IMG/VR virus record: IMGVR_UViG_3300028634_000502
Coordinates: 1 to 64,000 of that record
Direction: 5' to 3' (one strand)
DNA from: a virus
Lineage: Duplodnaviria; Caudoviricetes
Length of the DNA stretch: 64,000 nucleotides
Shown: positions 8,691-19,320 of the stretch, piece after piece
How the letters are laid out: every line of letters begins with the position of its first letter
Position numbering within the stretch: position 1 is the first letter of the stretch
Position numbers and translations under genes: made by a program
The notes under the pieces: model-generated
Told to the model about the DNA's origin: nothing
Databases searched by the model: none
What the model saw: only the letters and a program-made list of their open reading frames with translations

Positions 8691-11519
8691 TTATGCTTTC
8701 CACGTAGCATCTAAGCTTTCATAATCAGGGAAAGCTGAACTGAACGTATTGCTATTCTCCTCCGGTGCAGGAATTCCATTAATAATGCTCTCTGCTGTAC
8801 GATCCTGCGGTTCTGTTACGCCACTGAAGGTGTATTTAAAACCAAGTTCAGAGACAATTTGAAGCGGTGGGAAGGAAAACACGTCATTGACCGCAAGATT
8901 TAGGCAACCGAGAAACATCGATGCAAGCAGGGAATGCCCAGGAGCAATTATCCTCTGTGGTGCCTGGAATACGGCATTCATAGTCAGAGCTGCACATTCC
9001 GTAAACATATAGCTGCAGAAGAAGTCCCCAACCGTGGTCAATGATTGTGGCAACTGAAACTTTGCTCCCATTTGCAACCTTTGGCAGGATGAAAACATAG
9101 CCATAGCAAAGAAGTTCCCGGTAGCAATTATGCCTTCCCAGCCAACAAACGAGGTGTCGTGCATATCAGTTAAGAAACGGCAGTTATAAAATGTGTTAGT
9201 CCATTCAAATTCGGGGGCTGTATTTCTTTCAAGTTGCTCTACCGTTCGGGTCATCTTTGGTGTAATATCCATGTCAATACCTACCAGCAAATATTTGTTG
9301 CCATAGGTATCGTGGGGAGCATCACTGTATTCGGAATGACCAAAAGCCAGCGCCCAAGCATAAGTGCTGCTGTTTGGACGAATGGTTATGGTATGAGCTC
9401 CCGCAGAAAAAGCATGACTGGGCGGAGTTGCTAAGGCAGATGAGGAGGATGTGCCTGAGAACAAGCCGCTCTCGCCATCACCCCAGTCAATACGCCAGTC
9501 ATACTCTCTGTCGGATTGCCCGCCACCAGATATGGGAACATAGTAAGTAAAGGGCACATCGGAATAAACATAGAGAACAATGCGGTTATTTCGGTCACTG
9601 GCTGGATAAGACGGCATCTTATGGATATAGCTCTGCCTTTTTGTAATAATCGGAAACAGGCAATCCGGGTTGTTAATCAGCAGGTACAGCCAGGCACTTG
9701 ACACTACGCTTGGCCAGACATGAAATTCCCATGGTAGGCTCGCATAGGTCTCAGTTGTATAAATCACGCCACCCGGAGAATTGACACAGTTCTGCAAATC
9801 AATTGTTGCATCTAAAAAACGAGTAGCTTCTTCTGTCATTCCCAGAGCGAGGCAAAGATCGACATAACCGAGGGTTCCTTCTGTCCAGACCAGTTCGGGT
9901 GCGCCATCATAACCACCACCTCTATTGCTGTAGGGCTTGAAGCCTTCGGTTACTCCATCAAGTGAATAGGCTTGATTGTAGTGGTCTTTATCCGTGCTTT
10001 GCACGATGGCCTTTCCAGTTACCAGATACTCGTCATAAGTGGTTTGTTGGCAGTCCGGCGGCACGATGGCAGGACTTAGAACAGAAAGGGCTGTCTTACC
10101 TGCCCAAGAGGTACAGTCTAGCGCCCATGCAGCGTCTACACCATCCGAGCCGCAGCCTTGATAAAATCTTCGGTTCTCTTTGTCATACAAAGTAAGAATT
10201 AACTGCTCCTTGATTAAGTTAGCAGTCTTTGTAAATTTGCTTTCACCTGTAACCAATGCAAGTCCATGAAGAGCCTGCAAAGCGCTGCATTGATGTTCCG
10301 TGGAGCACCAGGCAATTTCCGTAGGGTCATAGGAGTAATCCGCCATATTGTATGAGCCATAGCCACCTGTGAGAAGACCGTATCGTTTATCATCTTTATT
10401 AGTAACCTGCCTGGTTAACAGCCAATTTCCGGCTTTCACGAGCATATCGATATAAGAACGGTCGCCGGATATGAGCGTATAGTAGCACATACCCCAGACT
10501 GTCCATCCAATGGCACCCGTTCGGATGTAACCCTCGAAAAGTTGGCCGATATAAATGTCATAGCTGAAATTGAAGCTGCCGTCTAAACCCTGCTCATGCA
10601 CCATGCGATCCATAATTTCTTTGCAGAGTGTATAATCACCACTCACAGTAAAAACGAGAAGGGCAAGACCCACATCATATGCCCAGCAACGGGAATTAAG
10701 CATATAGCCGTAAGTTCCAAGGGAAACGCTGCCATCCTTATCATACTGCGGGTCGTCTGACGGGATGAAGAAGGAAGCGGGCAACCGACCATAAGAACTA
10801 TTAGTAATCGCTCCGGCAATTCCAACCACCACATAAGCAAATGCACCGTTTTCCCAAACACGTTTGATTACTTTGGCTATTTTTTTACCTGAGTAAACCC
10901 TTTGCGTATAGAAAACGTGTCTGCCGCCACCCATATCCCAGATATCCATTTCATCTGACAAATATTCGGTATCCACAAAGCTGAATAATCTGACCTTGAA
11001 ATTAACAAAACGGGAATAGGGATAATCAACAGTTTCACCGTTTTTCACAAGACGAAATTCCTTGAAGCCACGCCCGACAGGGATATCCTCCCAGTAGGAG
11101 TAGGTGTATTCTTCACCCGTTTCCGGATCGGTTTCCGTAACCGTTATATATTTTTCAGAACGCCAGGTCCCATTTGCTCTTAGAGGACAAGACATAACAA
11201 AATAGGGAATATCCGTGATGGCATAGACATCGACCGTATAACCGGTTGGATCAGGCAAGTCAAACCAGATACCCGACACAACACCTACATAGTCGGGTCC
11301 ATAATAAGCATCGACATTGATGTGCTTCGGGAAGATTTTTTCATCCTCGTTGGGAAGTCCTTTGACACTACCCCATAGAAGGTTATTAGCGTATTCTTCC
11401 GAGTAGTTCTCAGCAAACTCGATAGTATAAAGCCACTTTGAAACGTCCATCTGTGATTTAATGAACGCCAATGCCTTTGTGCTTGCTTCCTCGTATTTCT
11501 CACCAGTAAAAATACCCAT
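8691..11519 (-). CDS. 942-aa tail-tip protein with glycosidase-like helical region, PKD-like segment and C-terminal repeats
   Basis: Position after tail spike gene; WAYD, STEH, WTEGT motifs; IDWGDG; repeats FQLPQ..VGDFFCSYMF..C. Confidence 0.6.
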   Translation of the reverse strand: MGIFTGEKYEEASTKALAFIKSQMDVSKWLYTIEFAENYSEEYANNLLWGSVKGLPNEDEKIFPKHINVDAYYGPDYVGVVSGIWFDLPDPTGYTVDVYAITDIPYFVMSCPLRANGTWRSEKYITVTETDPETGEEYTYSYWEDIPVGRGFKEFRLVKNGETVDYPYSRFVNFKVRLFSFVDTEYLSDEMDIWDMGGGRHVFYTQRVYSGKKIAKVIKRVWENGAFAYVVVGIAGAITNSSYGRLPASFFIPSDDPQYDKDGSVSLGTYGYMLNSRCWAYDVGLALLVFTVSGDYTLCKEIMDRMVHEQGLDGSFNFSYDIYIGQLFEGYIRTGAIGWTVWGMCYYTLISGDRSYIDMLVKAGNWLLTRQVTNKDDKRYGLLTGGYGSYNMADYSYDPTEIAWCSTEHQCSALQALHGLALVTGESKFTKTANLIKEQLILTLYDKENRRFYQGCGSDGVDAAWALDCTSWAGKTALSVLSPAIVPPDCQQTTYDEYLVTGKAIVQSTDKDHYNQAYSLDGVTEGFKPYSNRGGGYDGAPELVWTEGTLGYVDLCLALGMTEEATRFLDATIDLQNCVNSPGGVIYTTETYASLPWEFHVWPSVVSSAWLYLLINNPDCLFPIITKRQSYIHKMPSYPASDRNNRIVLYVYSDVPFTYYVPISGGGQSDREYDWRIDWGDGESGLFSGTSSSSALATPPSHAFSAGAHTITIRPNSSTYAWALAFGHSEYSDAPHDTYGNKYLLVGIDMDITPKMTRTVEQLERNTAPEFEWTNTFYNCRFLTDMHDTSFVGWEGIIATGNFFAMAMFSSCQRLQMGAKFQLPQSLTTVGDFFCSYMFTECAALTMNAVFQAPQRIIAPGHSLLASMFLGCLNLAVNDVFSFPPLQIVSELGFKYTFSGVTEPQDRTAESIINGIPAPEENSNTFSSAFPDYESLDATWKA

Positions 11520-11535
11520 CCGTTTACCTCCTTCC

Positions 11536-12612
11536 CTATATTGTTTCTGTGTCTGGTAAAGTGCAGTAGAATACCAGCGAGGTTACAACAGACGAGTTGC
11601 TTGCTGTTACCTCTGCACCAACATATTTTCCATCAGACATAATGAACTCCATGAATGCTGAGCCACCATCAGAAGAAAGAAAGCAGGTTGGTTTATCCAC
11701 ATAAGCGATTCTGAAGTAAAGGGAACCGCTACCTGTAATGTCTCCGAATTCTGCGGTGTACTTAGCCGTCATCTGCTCCAGGGACTCCATACGATTAGAC
11801 ATATCATTTAGGTTATTTTCAATACTATATAACTGATCAGAAACGCTCGGCAAGTATGTTCCGACTTCAATTGTAATCTCCCTGCGGTTAAAGGGATTAT
11901 AGGACATAGCAATAATGCGTGTCCGCACATCTAATCTAAAAGGAATAAAGACAATATGAACATTATCTCCAGTACCAAAGTCCAGCTTCTTATATAGTTT
12001 CAGATTATAGGTGGCGGTGTCTGCCCGCAAATCATAGGTAACACTTACATCGGAGACAGCCTTGCCGCCCATTACCTCAAGATACTCGCCTGAGCCTCTA
12101 CGAGAACGGATATTGATGGTATTTCCAGTATATTCTATCTCACCTCCAAGGACAGCAACATACTGCATAAGGGCTGCTCTGCGGCTGCACTTCTGGTTGA
12201 TTTTTAAGGCAATGGACCCGTTAAAGTCTAAAGTGCCTGCCGAAAGATTTGTCCCGTCCAATAACTGCTGCAAGCCTGCCAAAGGCTCTCCTGTAAAGTC
12301 AAAAGAGGTGAGGTTGTATATTTCATCGTTTAGTTCATATGATTTATGTTCGCAGGTCGCCGAGCAGATTTTAAGGTTACTGGAGAAGGATTTAGCGACA
12401 CGAACAATATTAAAGGCATATTCATGCAAACCGGCTGTCAATAATACCGAATTACCGATTTCTATGTTCCCGGACATCTCAGCAAGAACAGAAAAATCAA
12501 AGGTACACTCTCCATCCAAAGCATCTCGCAGGGTTGCTGATAGAACCTTGGTTATGCTCTCTACAAGGTTTCCGGCTGAATCATATATATATATAACTGT
12601 ACTTTCTGCCAT
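11536..12612 (-). CDS. Phage tail spike/endopeptidase-like (Tal-type) protein
   Basis: LDGECTFDF..CEHKSYEL; follows tape measure. Confidence 0.75.
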   Translation of the reverse strand: MAESTVIYIYDSAGNLVESITKVLSATLRDALDGECTFDFSVLAEMSGNIEIGNSVLLTAGLHEYAFNIVRVAKSFSSNLKICSATCEHKSYELNDEIYNLTSFDFTGEPLAGLQQLLDGTNLSAGTLDFNGSIALKINQKCSRRAALMQYVAVLGGEIEYTGNTINIRSRRGSGEYLEVMGGKAVSDVSVTYDLRADTATYNLKLYKKLDFGTGDNVHIVFIPFRLDVRTRIIAMSYNPFNRREITIEVGTYLPSVSDQLYSIENNLNDMSNRMESLEQMTAKYTAEFGDITGSGSLYFRIAYVDKPTCFLSSDGGSAFMEFIMSDGKYVGAEVTASNSSVVTSLVFYCTLPDTETI

Positions 12613-12624
12613 TTAGAAACCCTC

Positions 12625-14805
12625 CTATAGGTTGACACCGAGATTTCGGACGGTTACGGTGTTCTGACTCCACTGTAGCTGCGAGATGACTCTTGCCAGC
12701 ATGATTCCATCCACCGTCAAAGGTATTGTCACATTGATTGGCTGCAAGGTAGCGGTAGTAGGAGCTTCAGCTCCGGTCACTGTGCTTTGCATCTGCATAT
12801 CAAAATCAGTAGGGATAGCGCTTTGCATATCTTTTCCGACCTGTCCCATTGCCTTTTCAAAGCCGACACCAATACCAGCACCCATGTTTCCGCCTAATTC
12901 AGCAAAAAGAGTAGAGGGTGAGTGGATACCAAAAAAGTCTTTGATTCTGTCCACCACTCCACCGAAAAAACCGGATATTTTATCCCACAACCATGTACCG
13001 GCATCGGATATACCCTGCCAGAGTCCTTTGATTAGATTAGATCCCATCTGAACCATTTGGCTTATATAACCGGTAAAGCCTTGTATCAGAGCCGCGATAA
13101 TCTGAGGTATGGCTTTTACAATCTCAACAATAATAGTCGGCAGGTTGGCAATCAGTGATATTAAAAGCTTCACGCCTGCCTCAATAATCTGAGGAATTGC
13201 CCCAATAATAAAATTTACAATGCCGGTAATAATGGCAGGTAAGGCTGCAATCAACTGAGGGAGTGCTTCAAGGAGACCCTCAGCAAGACCAAGAATAAGT
13301 TGCAATGCAGCCTCTAACAACATAGGCAAGTTCTCAATCAATCCTTGAACAATGGTTGTAATCGCACTCACTGCGGCGGGAATAAGCTGTGGTAAGGATG
13401 AGCTTATGCCCTGTACAAGAGCGGTCACTAACTGAACCGCTGCATCAATGAGCAAAGGGAGGTTCTCAATCAGTGCACCTACAATCGTCATAATGGCATT
13501 TACTGTTGCAGGAATCAACTCCGGCAGCAATGTCATAATTGTATTCAGCACTTGAGTAAACAAATTTGTTACGGTTTCAAGCAGCAAAGGGAGCAGATCT
13601 CCAATTGCACCTAAGATCGCTCCCGTTGCGGCTGGCAAGGCGGTTACTATATTTTCTAGGACGGGTACAATGTTTGTTACCACCGCTTGAAATGCATCGA
13701 CAAGGTTTTGTGTCAAGTTGGTCATATCAGCATTGGCATTACCAAGTCCTGCTGTAAAGGATCCAACTGCAGCTTTCAAAAGTCCAATGGAACCCGAAAT
13801 GGTCTGTGTCGATTCTTTGGCAAAGTTCCCTGCATATTGCTGGGTGTTCTCAAAGAACATCTGCATGGCAACTTCTGCTTTTTCCGCTTGTGTAGCGCTT
13901 GCCCAGGTAAAATCTAAACCCTTAGCCAGAGCATAAGCTTCAATATTTGTAGCATTCATGGCAACGCCCAGGTTATCCATCATGGTGAAATTGCCCTTTG
14001 CAGCACCTGTGACAGCTTCCATAGCCATAGACATATCAATACCCATGACAGATGCCATATCTGCTGCTCTCTGCATTGCCTTTTCAGTTAGTTCGAGAGA
14101 CTTCTGTTGTTCGATGCCGGAGCCTTGGAACAAGGCGCCCATCTTGTTGGCTGTGGCCAGATAATCACTCTGAGACACACCAAGGTTTTTATAGGCTTCT
14201 TCACCGGTCTTTTGGATTGAGGTCGCATATTTGCCAAACACGGCTTCAGAACCGCCCAGGTTTTGCTCCAGTTCACCGAATTGTTCAACTACCTCTTTGC
14301 CCAGCTTGAAGGCGGCAGCACCGGCGGCAACGGCTGCGGTACCCATTGCTGCAGCGACACCCTTTAGGGTACTACCCAACTTATCAAATTTCCCACCGGA
14401 CTTTTCTGCATCATCCCCGGCTTCCTTCAGTTCATCTCCGAGATTGTTCGCACTATCTGCCGATTGTTCCAATTCCCGCTCCATACCATTCAGTTCTGCT
14501 TTGGCATTGTTAAGTTGGATTGCCCAGCTTTGAGTACGTCTATCATTCTCGCCGAAAGTATCGGAAGCATTCTTAAGGGCCGCTTCGAGAGTAGATATTT
14601 TCTCTTTCTGTGCATCAATAGACTTGTTTAAAACTTCGTTACGGGCAGTTATCGCTTGAACGCTTCTATCATTTTTATCAAACTCCGAGGAGACGAGCCT
14701 CATTTCGCTACCCAGCACCTTAAAGGATTGATTGATGTCACGAAGGGCATTCTTAAATTCCTTTTCACCCTCGATTCCTATTTTTAAGCCAAAGTTATCT
14801 GCCAT
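12625..14805 (-). CDS. Tail tape measure protein
   Basis: MADNFGLKIGIEGEKEFK; LP repeats; FFGIHSPS. Confidence 0.9.
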   Translation of the reverse strand: MADNFGLKIGIEGEKEFKNALRDINQSFKVLGSEMRLVSSEFDKNDRSVQAITARNEVLNKSIDAQKEKISTLEAALKNASDTFGENDRRTQSWAIQLNNAKAELNGMERELEQSADSANNLGDELKEAGDDAEKSGGKFDKLGSTLKGVAAAMGTAAVAAGAAAFKLGKEVVEQFGELEQNLGGSEAVFGKYATSIQKTGEEAYKNLGVSQSDYLATANKMGALFQGSGIEQQKSLELTEKAMQRAADMASVMGIDMSMAMEAVTGAAKGNFTMMDNLGVAMNATNIEAYALAKGLDFTWASATQAEKAEVAMQMFFENTQQYAGNFAKESTQTISGSIGLLKAAVGSFTAGLGNANADMTNLTQNLVDAFQAVVTNIVPVLENIVTALPAATGAILGAIGDLLPLLLETVTNLFTQVLNTIMTLLPELIPATVNAIMTIVGALIENLPLLIDAAVQLVTALVQGISSSLPQLIPAAVSAITTIVQGLIENLPMLLEAALQLILGLAEGLLEALPQLIAALPAIITGIVNFIIGAIPQIIEAGVKLLISLIANLPTIIVEIVKAIPQIIAALIQGFTGYISQMVQMGSNLIKGLWQGISDAGTWLWDKISGFFGGVVDRIKDFFGIHSPSTLFAELGGNMGAGIGVGFEKAMGQVGKDMQSAIPTDFDMQMQSTVTGAEAPTTATLQPINVTIPLTVDGIMLARVISQLQWSQNTVTVRNLGVNL

Positions 14806-14831
14806 GCATACCGCCTCCTTTCCTCATGAAA

Positions 14832-15403
14832 TCAAATTCCATAAGGGATGATGTCATCGATGTACAATTCCCGTTTCGGTTTTTCGATACCGAGAAATTG
14901 CTTGTGACACTCCCATAAATCCATTAATAAACCAATTGGTGTAAGCCAGGTTTCTTCTTCCGTTCGATTGAGATGCACTGTCCCGTAATAAATAAGCCGA
15001 GTAAAGATTTCTTCATCTTTTACTCGGCCTGCACGTTTTTTGACTCTTCTTCCGATACGATATTTCGTTTGGTTCCCTTAAACATAGCCTCTGTCAAAGC
15101 TTCCTTGTATGAAGCTAGTTCCAGTGGGGAAGTGAGCAGCTCTACCGCTTCCTGGGTAAGCAAAGTCTTCTGGTCCTCTGGGTGCTTAAGATTGTGTACT
15201 AAGAGACTCTGGTTTGCCATAAGCGTTATAAGCCAGACGATTTCATCCAGTGCCATTTCAAAGTTCTCAGATTTTAACAGCTTTTCTCCCAGATTTTCAA
15301 GCCCACCATATCGACCGGCTATTTCTTTTGTCGCCTTGGTGGTTAGAATAAGTTCATAATCCTGCCCACTAATACTAATCTTTGCACTTCTCTCGTTATC
15401 CAT
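14832..15403 (-). CDS. Tail assembly chaperone G (15020..15403) with -1 frameshift GT extension to 14832
   Basis: A AAA AAC slippery site 15035-15041; -1 frame open to TGA at 14832 (DEEIFTRLIYYG..PYGI). Confidence 0.85.
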
Positions 15404-15417
15404 ATCCCATATCCTCC

Positions 15418-16284
15418 TTATTCGCTTACTGTGACAGCTGCGACATTAGAAGTCACAGAGTTAGTGCCGACGGAAACCACACAGTAGTAATAATAGGTAC
15501 CTGCTGAATCAGTAGTTGATGTTGTGTAGCTTGCCAAATTCGCTCCGGAAATTGGTGTACCACCCACATTGCTACTGGTTGAGTTTGAGTACCATTGATA
15601 AGAAAGTGTTCCGCTTGATGCTGTGGCGGTTACCGACAATTCTGCTCCTGTCCCCACTGTCGCAGAGGCATTTTGTGGTTGTGCAGTAATGCTGATATTA
15701 ACCGCTGCAAAGGTAGGTTCATATACTTGGGTATACCAGCCGGTAATAATCGCCGTTGTAACACCCGCATCACCTTCGTTAGCTTCGGCCTTCCAGGGAT
15801 GTCTGCCCTGACCGTCCAGCTTATTGCGCCTCAGTACTGTTCCTTCAATAGTAGGTGTTGAAAAAGTAATGCTATCTCCTTTGGTAGCGAGATTGGTGGC
15901 GGGAATACCAAATTTCACACGGTATAACCAGAAGTATCGGTATTTTCCGTTTGCCTTCTTTGCTCTGAAGCCAACAGCGACAGGATCTCCACCATCCTCA
16001 CCGGCAGAGATTAAGACATTGTTGTCGTCAATCGTTGCACCGGTTAAATCCCCGGCAGCAGTAACGCCAATATCGTCAATCCCCAAAGCCAGTGTTCCGC
16101 TTTGGAATTCTTTTATAATCTCAGCGGCTCCATCATCAGCATAAAGCGTTGCCTCTGCAAGCTCGACAGAAAGCTCGGCACTGATTGCTTTAGCCATTGA
16201 AATTGGCGTGCCGTAAGTTTCATCGCCGTTTGCATTTTCGGTTATTTTTGCATAGTAGAGTTTATCTAAACCGATTGTAGCCAT
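15418..16284 (-). CDS. Major tail protein (phi13 family) with C-terminal Ig-like domain
   Basis: MATIGLDKLYYAKITE, LYADDG; ITAQPQ..LSYQWY..YYYCVV. Confidence 0.9.
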   Translation of the reverse strand: MATIGLDKLYYAKITENANGDETYGTPISMAKAISAELSVELAEATLYADDGAAEIIKEFQSGTLALGIDDIGVTAAGDLTGATIDDNNVLISAGEDGGDPVAVGFRAKKANGKYRYFWLYRVKFGIPATNLATKGDSITFSTPTIEGTVLRRNKLDGQGRHPWKAEANEGDAGVTTAIITGWYTQVYEPTFAAVNISITAQPQNASATVGTGAELSVTATASSGTLSYQWYSNSTSSNVGGTPISGANLASYTTSTTDSAGTYYYYCVVSVGTNSVTSNVAAVTVSE

Positions 16285-16287
16285 AAT

Positions 16288-16638
16288 CTATTCCTCCGTT
16301 TCTAATTGAAATTCATAGGGTTTTGCCACATCAATGGCATAGTGGTGAAAACCGGTATCATCCTCATGTCCGATATACCGGCGGTCAGTTATAGTAAAAT
16401 CCGCACCCAAGAGAATGCGGACAAGTTTATTTTTTATCGCTGTATAATTTCCTTTTGCAAATAAGGATAGCCTGGCTTCCTGTATTTCATATTCTGGCTC
16501 ATTATCCCCGTGAAGTTCAAAGATATCTGTAAGCGGAGTAATGACAAGATATAAGTCAGGAGCAACACCGGAAAACACACCTGTCTCAATAGGTAGAAGA
16601 GGAGGAAGGAGGGTATTAAGTTCTTCTAAAAGGTTCAT
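16288..16638 (-). CDS. Tail completion/terminator protein
   Basis: Position; GHEDDTGFHHYAIDV. Confidence 0.75.
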   Translation of the reverse strand: MNLLEELNTLLPPLLPIETGVFSGVAPDLYLVITPLTDIFELHGDNEPEYEIQEARLSLFAKGNYTAIKNKLVRILLGADFTITDRRYIGHEDDTGFHHYAIDVAKPYEFQLETEE

Positions 16639-17066
16639 ATGTTTTTCACCTCGTTCTCTAACTTTTGCTTCATGGCTTCAATGCAGGCTTTTTTGGTGGA
16701 TGCTTTTGCCGATTTTAAGAATGGTTTAGGCGGCTGACCGCTTTTGCCGTACTCAAGAACAGATGCAATCATGGCATTGCTTTTGCCATCGGGACGTGGC
16801 TCAGAAAAACCGACTTTAACATTGAAGTTTCCATCCCTATCCTGTTTGACAGAGGACACACCGAGTGCAGAAATAAGTTCACCAGTAGAACGGCTCTCTT
16901 CCTTTGTTCCGCTACCAATAACCCCTTGCAGATTACTTTTTACTTTTGCCTCCACAACTTCACCACCGGCTTCCAGTACCCGCGGTAAGATTTCATCTGT
17001 CTTTTCACCGAGACGGGATATTTTCAGTAGAAACTCCTCCGGCATTTTCATAACAGCTTTAGCCAC
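16635..17066 (-). CDS. HK97 gp10 family protein
   Basis: LEYGKSGQPPKPFL. Confidence 0.85.
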   Translation of the reverse strand: MAKAVMKMPEEFLLKISRLGEKTDEILPRVLEAGGEVVEAKVKSNLQGVIGSGTKEESRSTGELISALGVSSVKQDRDGNFNVKVGFSEPRPDGKSNAMIASVLEYGKSGQPPKPFLKSAKASTKKACIEAMKQKLENEVKNI

Positions 17067-17391
17067 TAGCCTTCACCTCCTTAGCAAGCACTTCAATATA
17101 CATCCCGCGGCCTTTTATGTCTTCAACTGAGGTGATTTCAAAACGTCCGTCATCACAGACAATGACCATTGCAGTTGTTACTGTAATACCGGGAAGGCAT
17201 CGAAAACGGAAAAGGTCGGTGGCCTCAGAAAATGTGGCTCTATTTGCCCATTTCTCATTGCCATGCCGACCTTCTCTGTATGCTCTAACCGAAGCCAGTA
17301 TGTTGTCAGTTTCTATCGAAAACCCTTCACTGTCCTTTATATTTACTTTCTCAATGATGTCAATAAAGGTGTTTATTTTACCAAAGCTCAT
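17059..17391 (-). CDS. Head-tail adaptor (head closure) protein
   Basis: MSFGKIN..FEITSVEDIKGR. Confidence 0.85.
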   Translation of the reverse strand: MSFGKINTFIDIIEKVNIKDSEGFSIETDNILASVRAYREGRHGNEKWANRATFSEATDLFRFRCLPGITVTTAMVIVCDDGRFEITSVEDIKGRGMYIEVLAKEVKASG

Positions 17392-17394
17392 GCT

Positions 17395-17703
17395 CTACAC
17401 CTTCCAATCCCGGTCAAGCCGAAGAAGTAGGTTGACTGTGTTCCACACTTGCTGACCCGCTTGCACATTATCCGAGAAGAAACCGCCTGTGCTGCCATCC
17501 CTTGATTCATAGAAATGGGATGAGAGCATAATGACGGCCTGCTCGGTAGTAGGCGGCATCTGGTTATCAGTATAGAAATCCTCTGGCAGATGTTGATAGC
17601 TCTCAGCATACTTTATGGAAGCAGTGGTGTACATCTGCAAGAGTTCATCATCAGCACTGTGTTCGAGGATTAGGTTTGCTTTGACTTTTTCAAGTAGTGT
17701 CAT
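17395..17703 (-). CDS. Head-tail connector (gp6-like)
   Basis: LLEKVKANL..QAVIMLSSHFYESR. Confidence 0.88.
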   Translation of the reverse strand: MTLLEKVKANLILEHSADDELLQMYTTASIKYAESYQHLPEDFYTDNQMPPTTEQAVIMLSSHFYESRDGSTGGFFSDNVQAGQQVWNTVNLLLRLDRDWKV

Positions 17704-17721
17704 ACCACCACCGCCCTTTCA

Positions 17722-18084
17722 TTAAGGTGTATCTGCTGTCATAATGCCTGCCGCTTTTAGTTTAGTAAGCAAAGCATTAAAATCGGCGAGAAGTCCTGGT
17801 ACATCTGTGGCTGTGCTATCTCCTTGATTTTCAGCAATAGGAATTTCTGGCACAACCGGATATGTTGGTACATATAGGATTCCATCAGCTCCAATTTTGG
17901 CAGGCACAGTATCCGTTTCTGCTTTAGTAGCCGCTTTAACTCCTCCAAGTGCAGTTTCAGTAGCAGCAGATATCTCAGGGGAAGGAAGCCCCGTCACCGA
18001 GGCTCCCTGTTTAATCTCCAAAGTACCGCCAATGACGGTTTTATCTCCGCCCTGTTCGGTATAATTTTTTGTGTTGTAACTCAT
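17722..18084 (-). CDS. Head fibre/decoration protein
   Basis: ATETALGGVK; DFNALLTKLKAAGIM. Confidence 0.75.
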   Translation of the reverse strand: MSYNTKNYTEQGGDKTVIGGTLEIKQGASVTGLPSPEISAATETALGGVKAATKAETDTVPAKIGADGILYVPTYPVVPEIPIAENQGDSTATDVPGLLADFNALLTKLKAAGIMTADTP

Positions 18085-18096
18085 AATACACCTCCG

Positions 18097-19305
18097 TTAA
18101 GCTTTCTGCTGAAGAACCTTAATTGCTTCCGGCAGAATCAGTTTTCCGTCTACACGCTGAGTAGCCACAAAGCCTACCTGACCGGTAGCCGCATAAAGTT
18201 CATTAAGTCTCTTAAACACACGGCCTTGACGGTCGGCTACCCAGTAATAACTGAAATCGCCGAATGCTATGGTCTTTGCTCCGGCTGCAATAGCAGGCAC
18301 ATAGGAAGATGTGTATAATGGACGATTAAGAATAGTATCCGGAGTCCCTGCCTGTAAAGATGGCTGCCATAAATACTGGCCTTGACCATCCTTCAGCTTA
18401 CGAATTGCCTTTACTGTAGCATCATTCATAACAAAAGCAGCTCTATTTCTATAAGGTGCCTTTAGTGAATAGAATAGGTCAAGCACTTCATCAATAGTGA
18501 TAGCAGTTGCACCTGCTGAAGTTACACCAAGTTGTGCTCCTCCTGTAGCTGCCAGGATACCAGTTGGTTTACCAGAGCCATCTCCAATGAAGAAGGCTTC
18601 CTCTTCTTTGTTGCCTATACGTCTTGCAAATTCCGTAGAAATATATGGTTCTAGTCTAAATACACTATCGTTTAAAAGTTCCTCAGAAACCTTGATCATC
18701 GTACCCAGCTTATAGGCTCCAATGGATACTTGACCGAAGCTATCATCACTTTCAAGGATTGCGCCTTCCTCATCAATCCATGAGGCTGTGCCCTTTGATG
18801 CTACCACCGGGATTTTTCTATCTCCGGAAGCTGTGGTAATGACATTTGCCAGTTGACGGAAGATGTTCTCTTCCTTTAAAGCTTCAACAAGAGTTCTCTC
18901 AAACTCATCAGGAACTAAATAACCACCTTCGGAATCTGTACCAACTTGTAGAGCATTTTTTACTGTGGGATCAAGACCCTCACCGGCACGTGTACGCATG
19001 GCATTCCAGAATGCTTTTCTGTATTCATCGGATGCTCTTCCAGTTTTACCTTCCAGTTTGGAAGTAGCAGGTTTTCCTGTCAGCGGATTAGCTGTAGGAG
19101 CATTAAGTTCCGCATCCAGTATGGCTTGTTTTTCTAAGCGGTCAATTTCCTTGCCGAGAGCAATTACATCGGCTTCCATTTTGTTATAGGTGGCTTCGTC
19201 CTCAGCAGAAATCAAACCATCTGTGCCACGCTTGGTATCTAAGAACGCTTTGGTAGCGTCCCATGTTTTGGCGCGTTTTTCGCGCAGTTCTAAAATCTTG
19301 TTCAT
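18097..19305 (-). CDS. HK97-fold major capsid protein
   Basis: GGYLVPDEF, VSEELLNDS, FGDFSYY. Confidence 0.95.
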   Translation of the reverse strand: MNKILELREKRAKTWDATKAFLDTKRGTDGLISAEDEATYNKMEADVIALGKEIDRLEKQAILDAELNAPTANPLTGKPATSKLEGKTGRASDEYRKAFWNAMRTRAGEGLDPTVKNALQVGTDSEGGYLVPDEFERTLVEALKEENIFRQLANVITTASGDRKIPVVASKGTASWIDEEGAILESDDSFGQVSIGAYKLGTMIKVSEELLNDSVFRLEPYISTEFARRIGNKEEEAFFIGDGSGKPTGILAATGGAQLGVTSAGATAITIDEVLDLFYSLKAPYRNRAAFVMNDATVKAIRKLKDGQGQYLWQPSLQAGTPDTILNRPLYTSSYVPAIAAGAKTIAFGDFSYYWVADRQGRVFKRLNELYAATGQVGFVATQRVDGKLILPEAIKVLQQKA

Positions 19306-19320
19306 AATCTTTTCCTCCTA

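Noticed and set aside
8064-12612. Diversity-generating retroelement or invertible tail locus
   Set aside because: No reverse transcriptase, TR/VR pair or invertase seen
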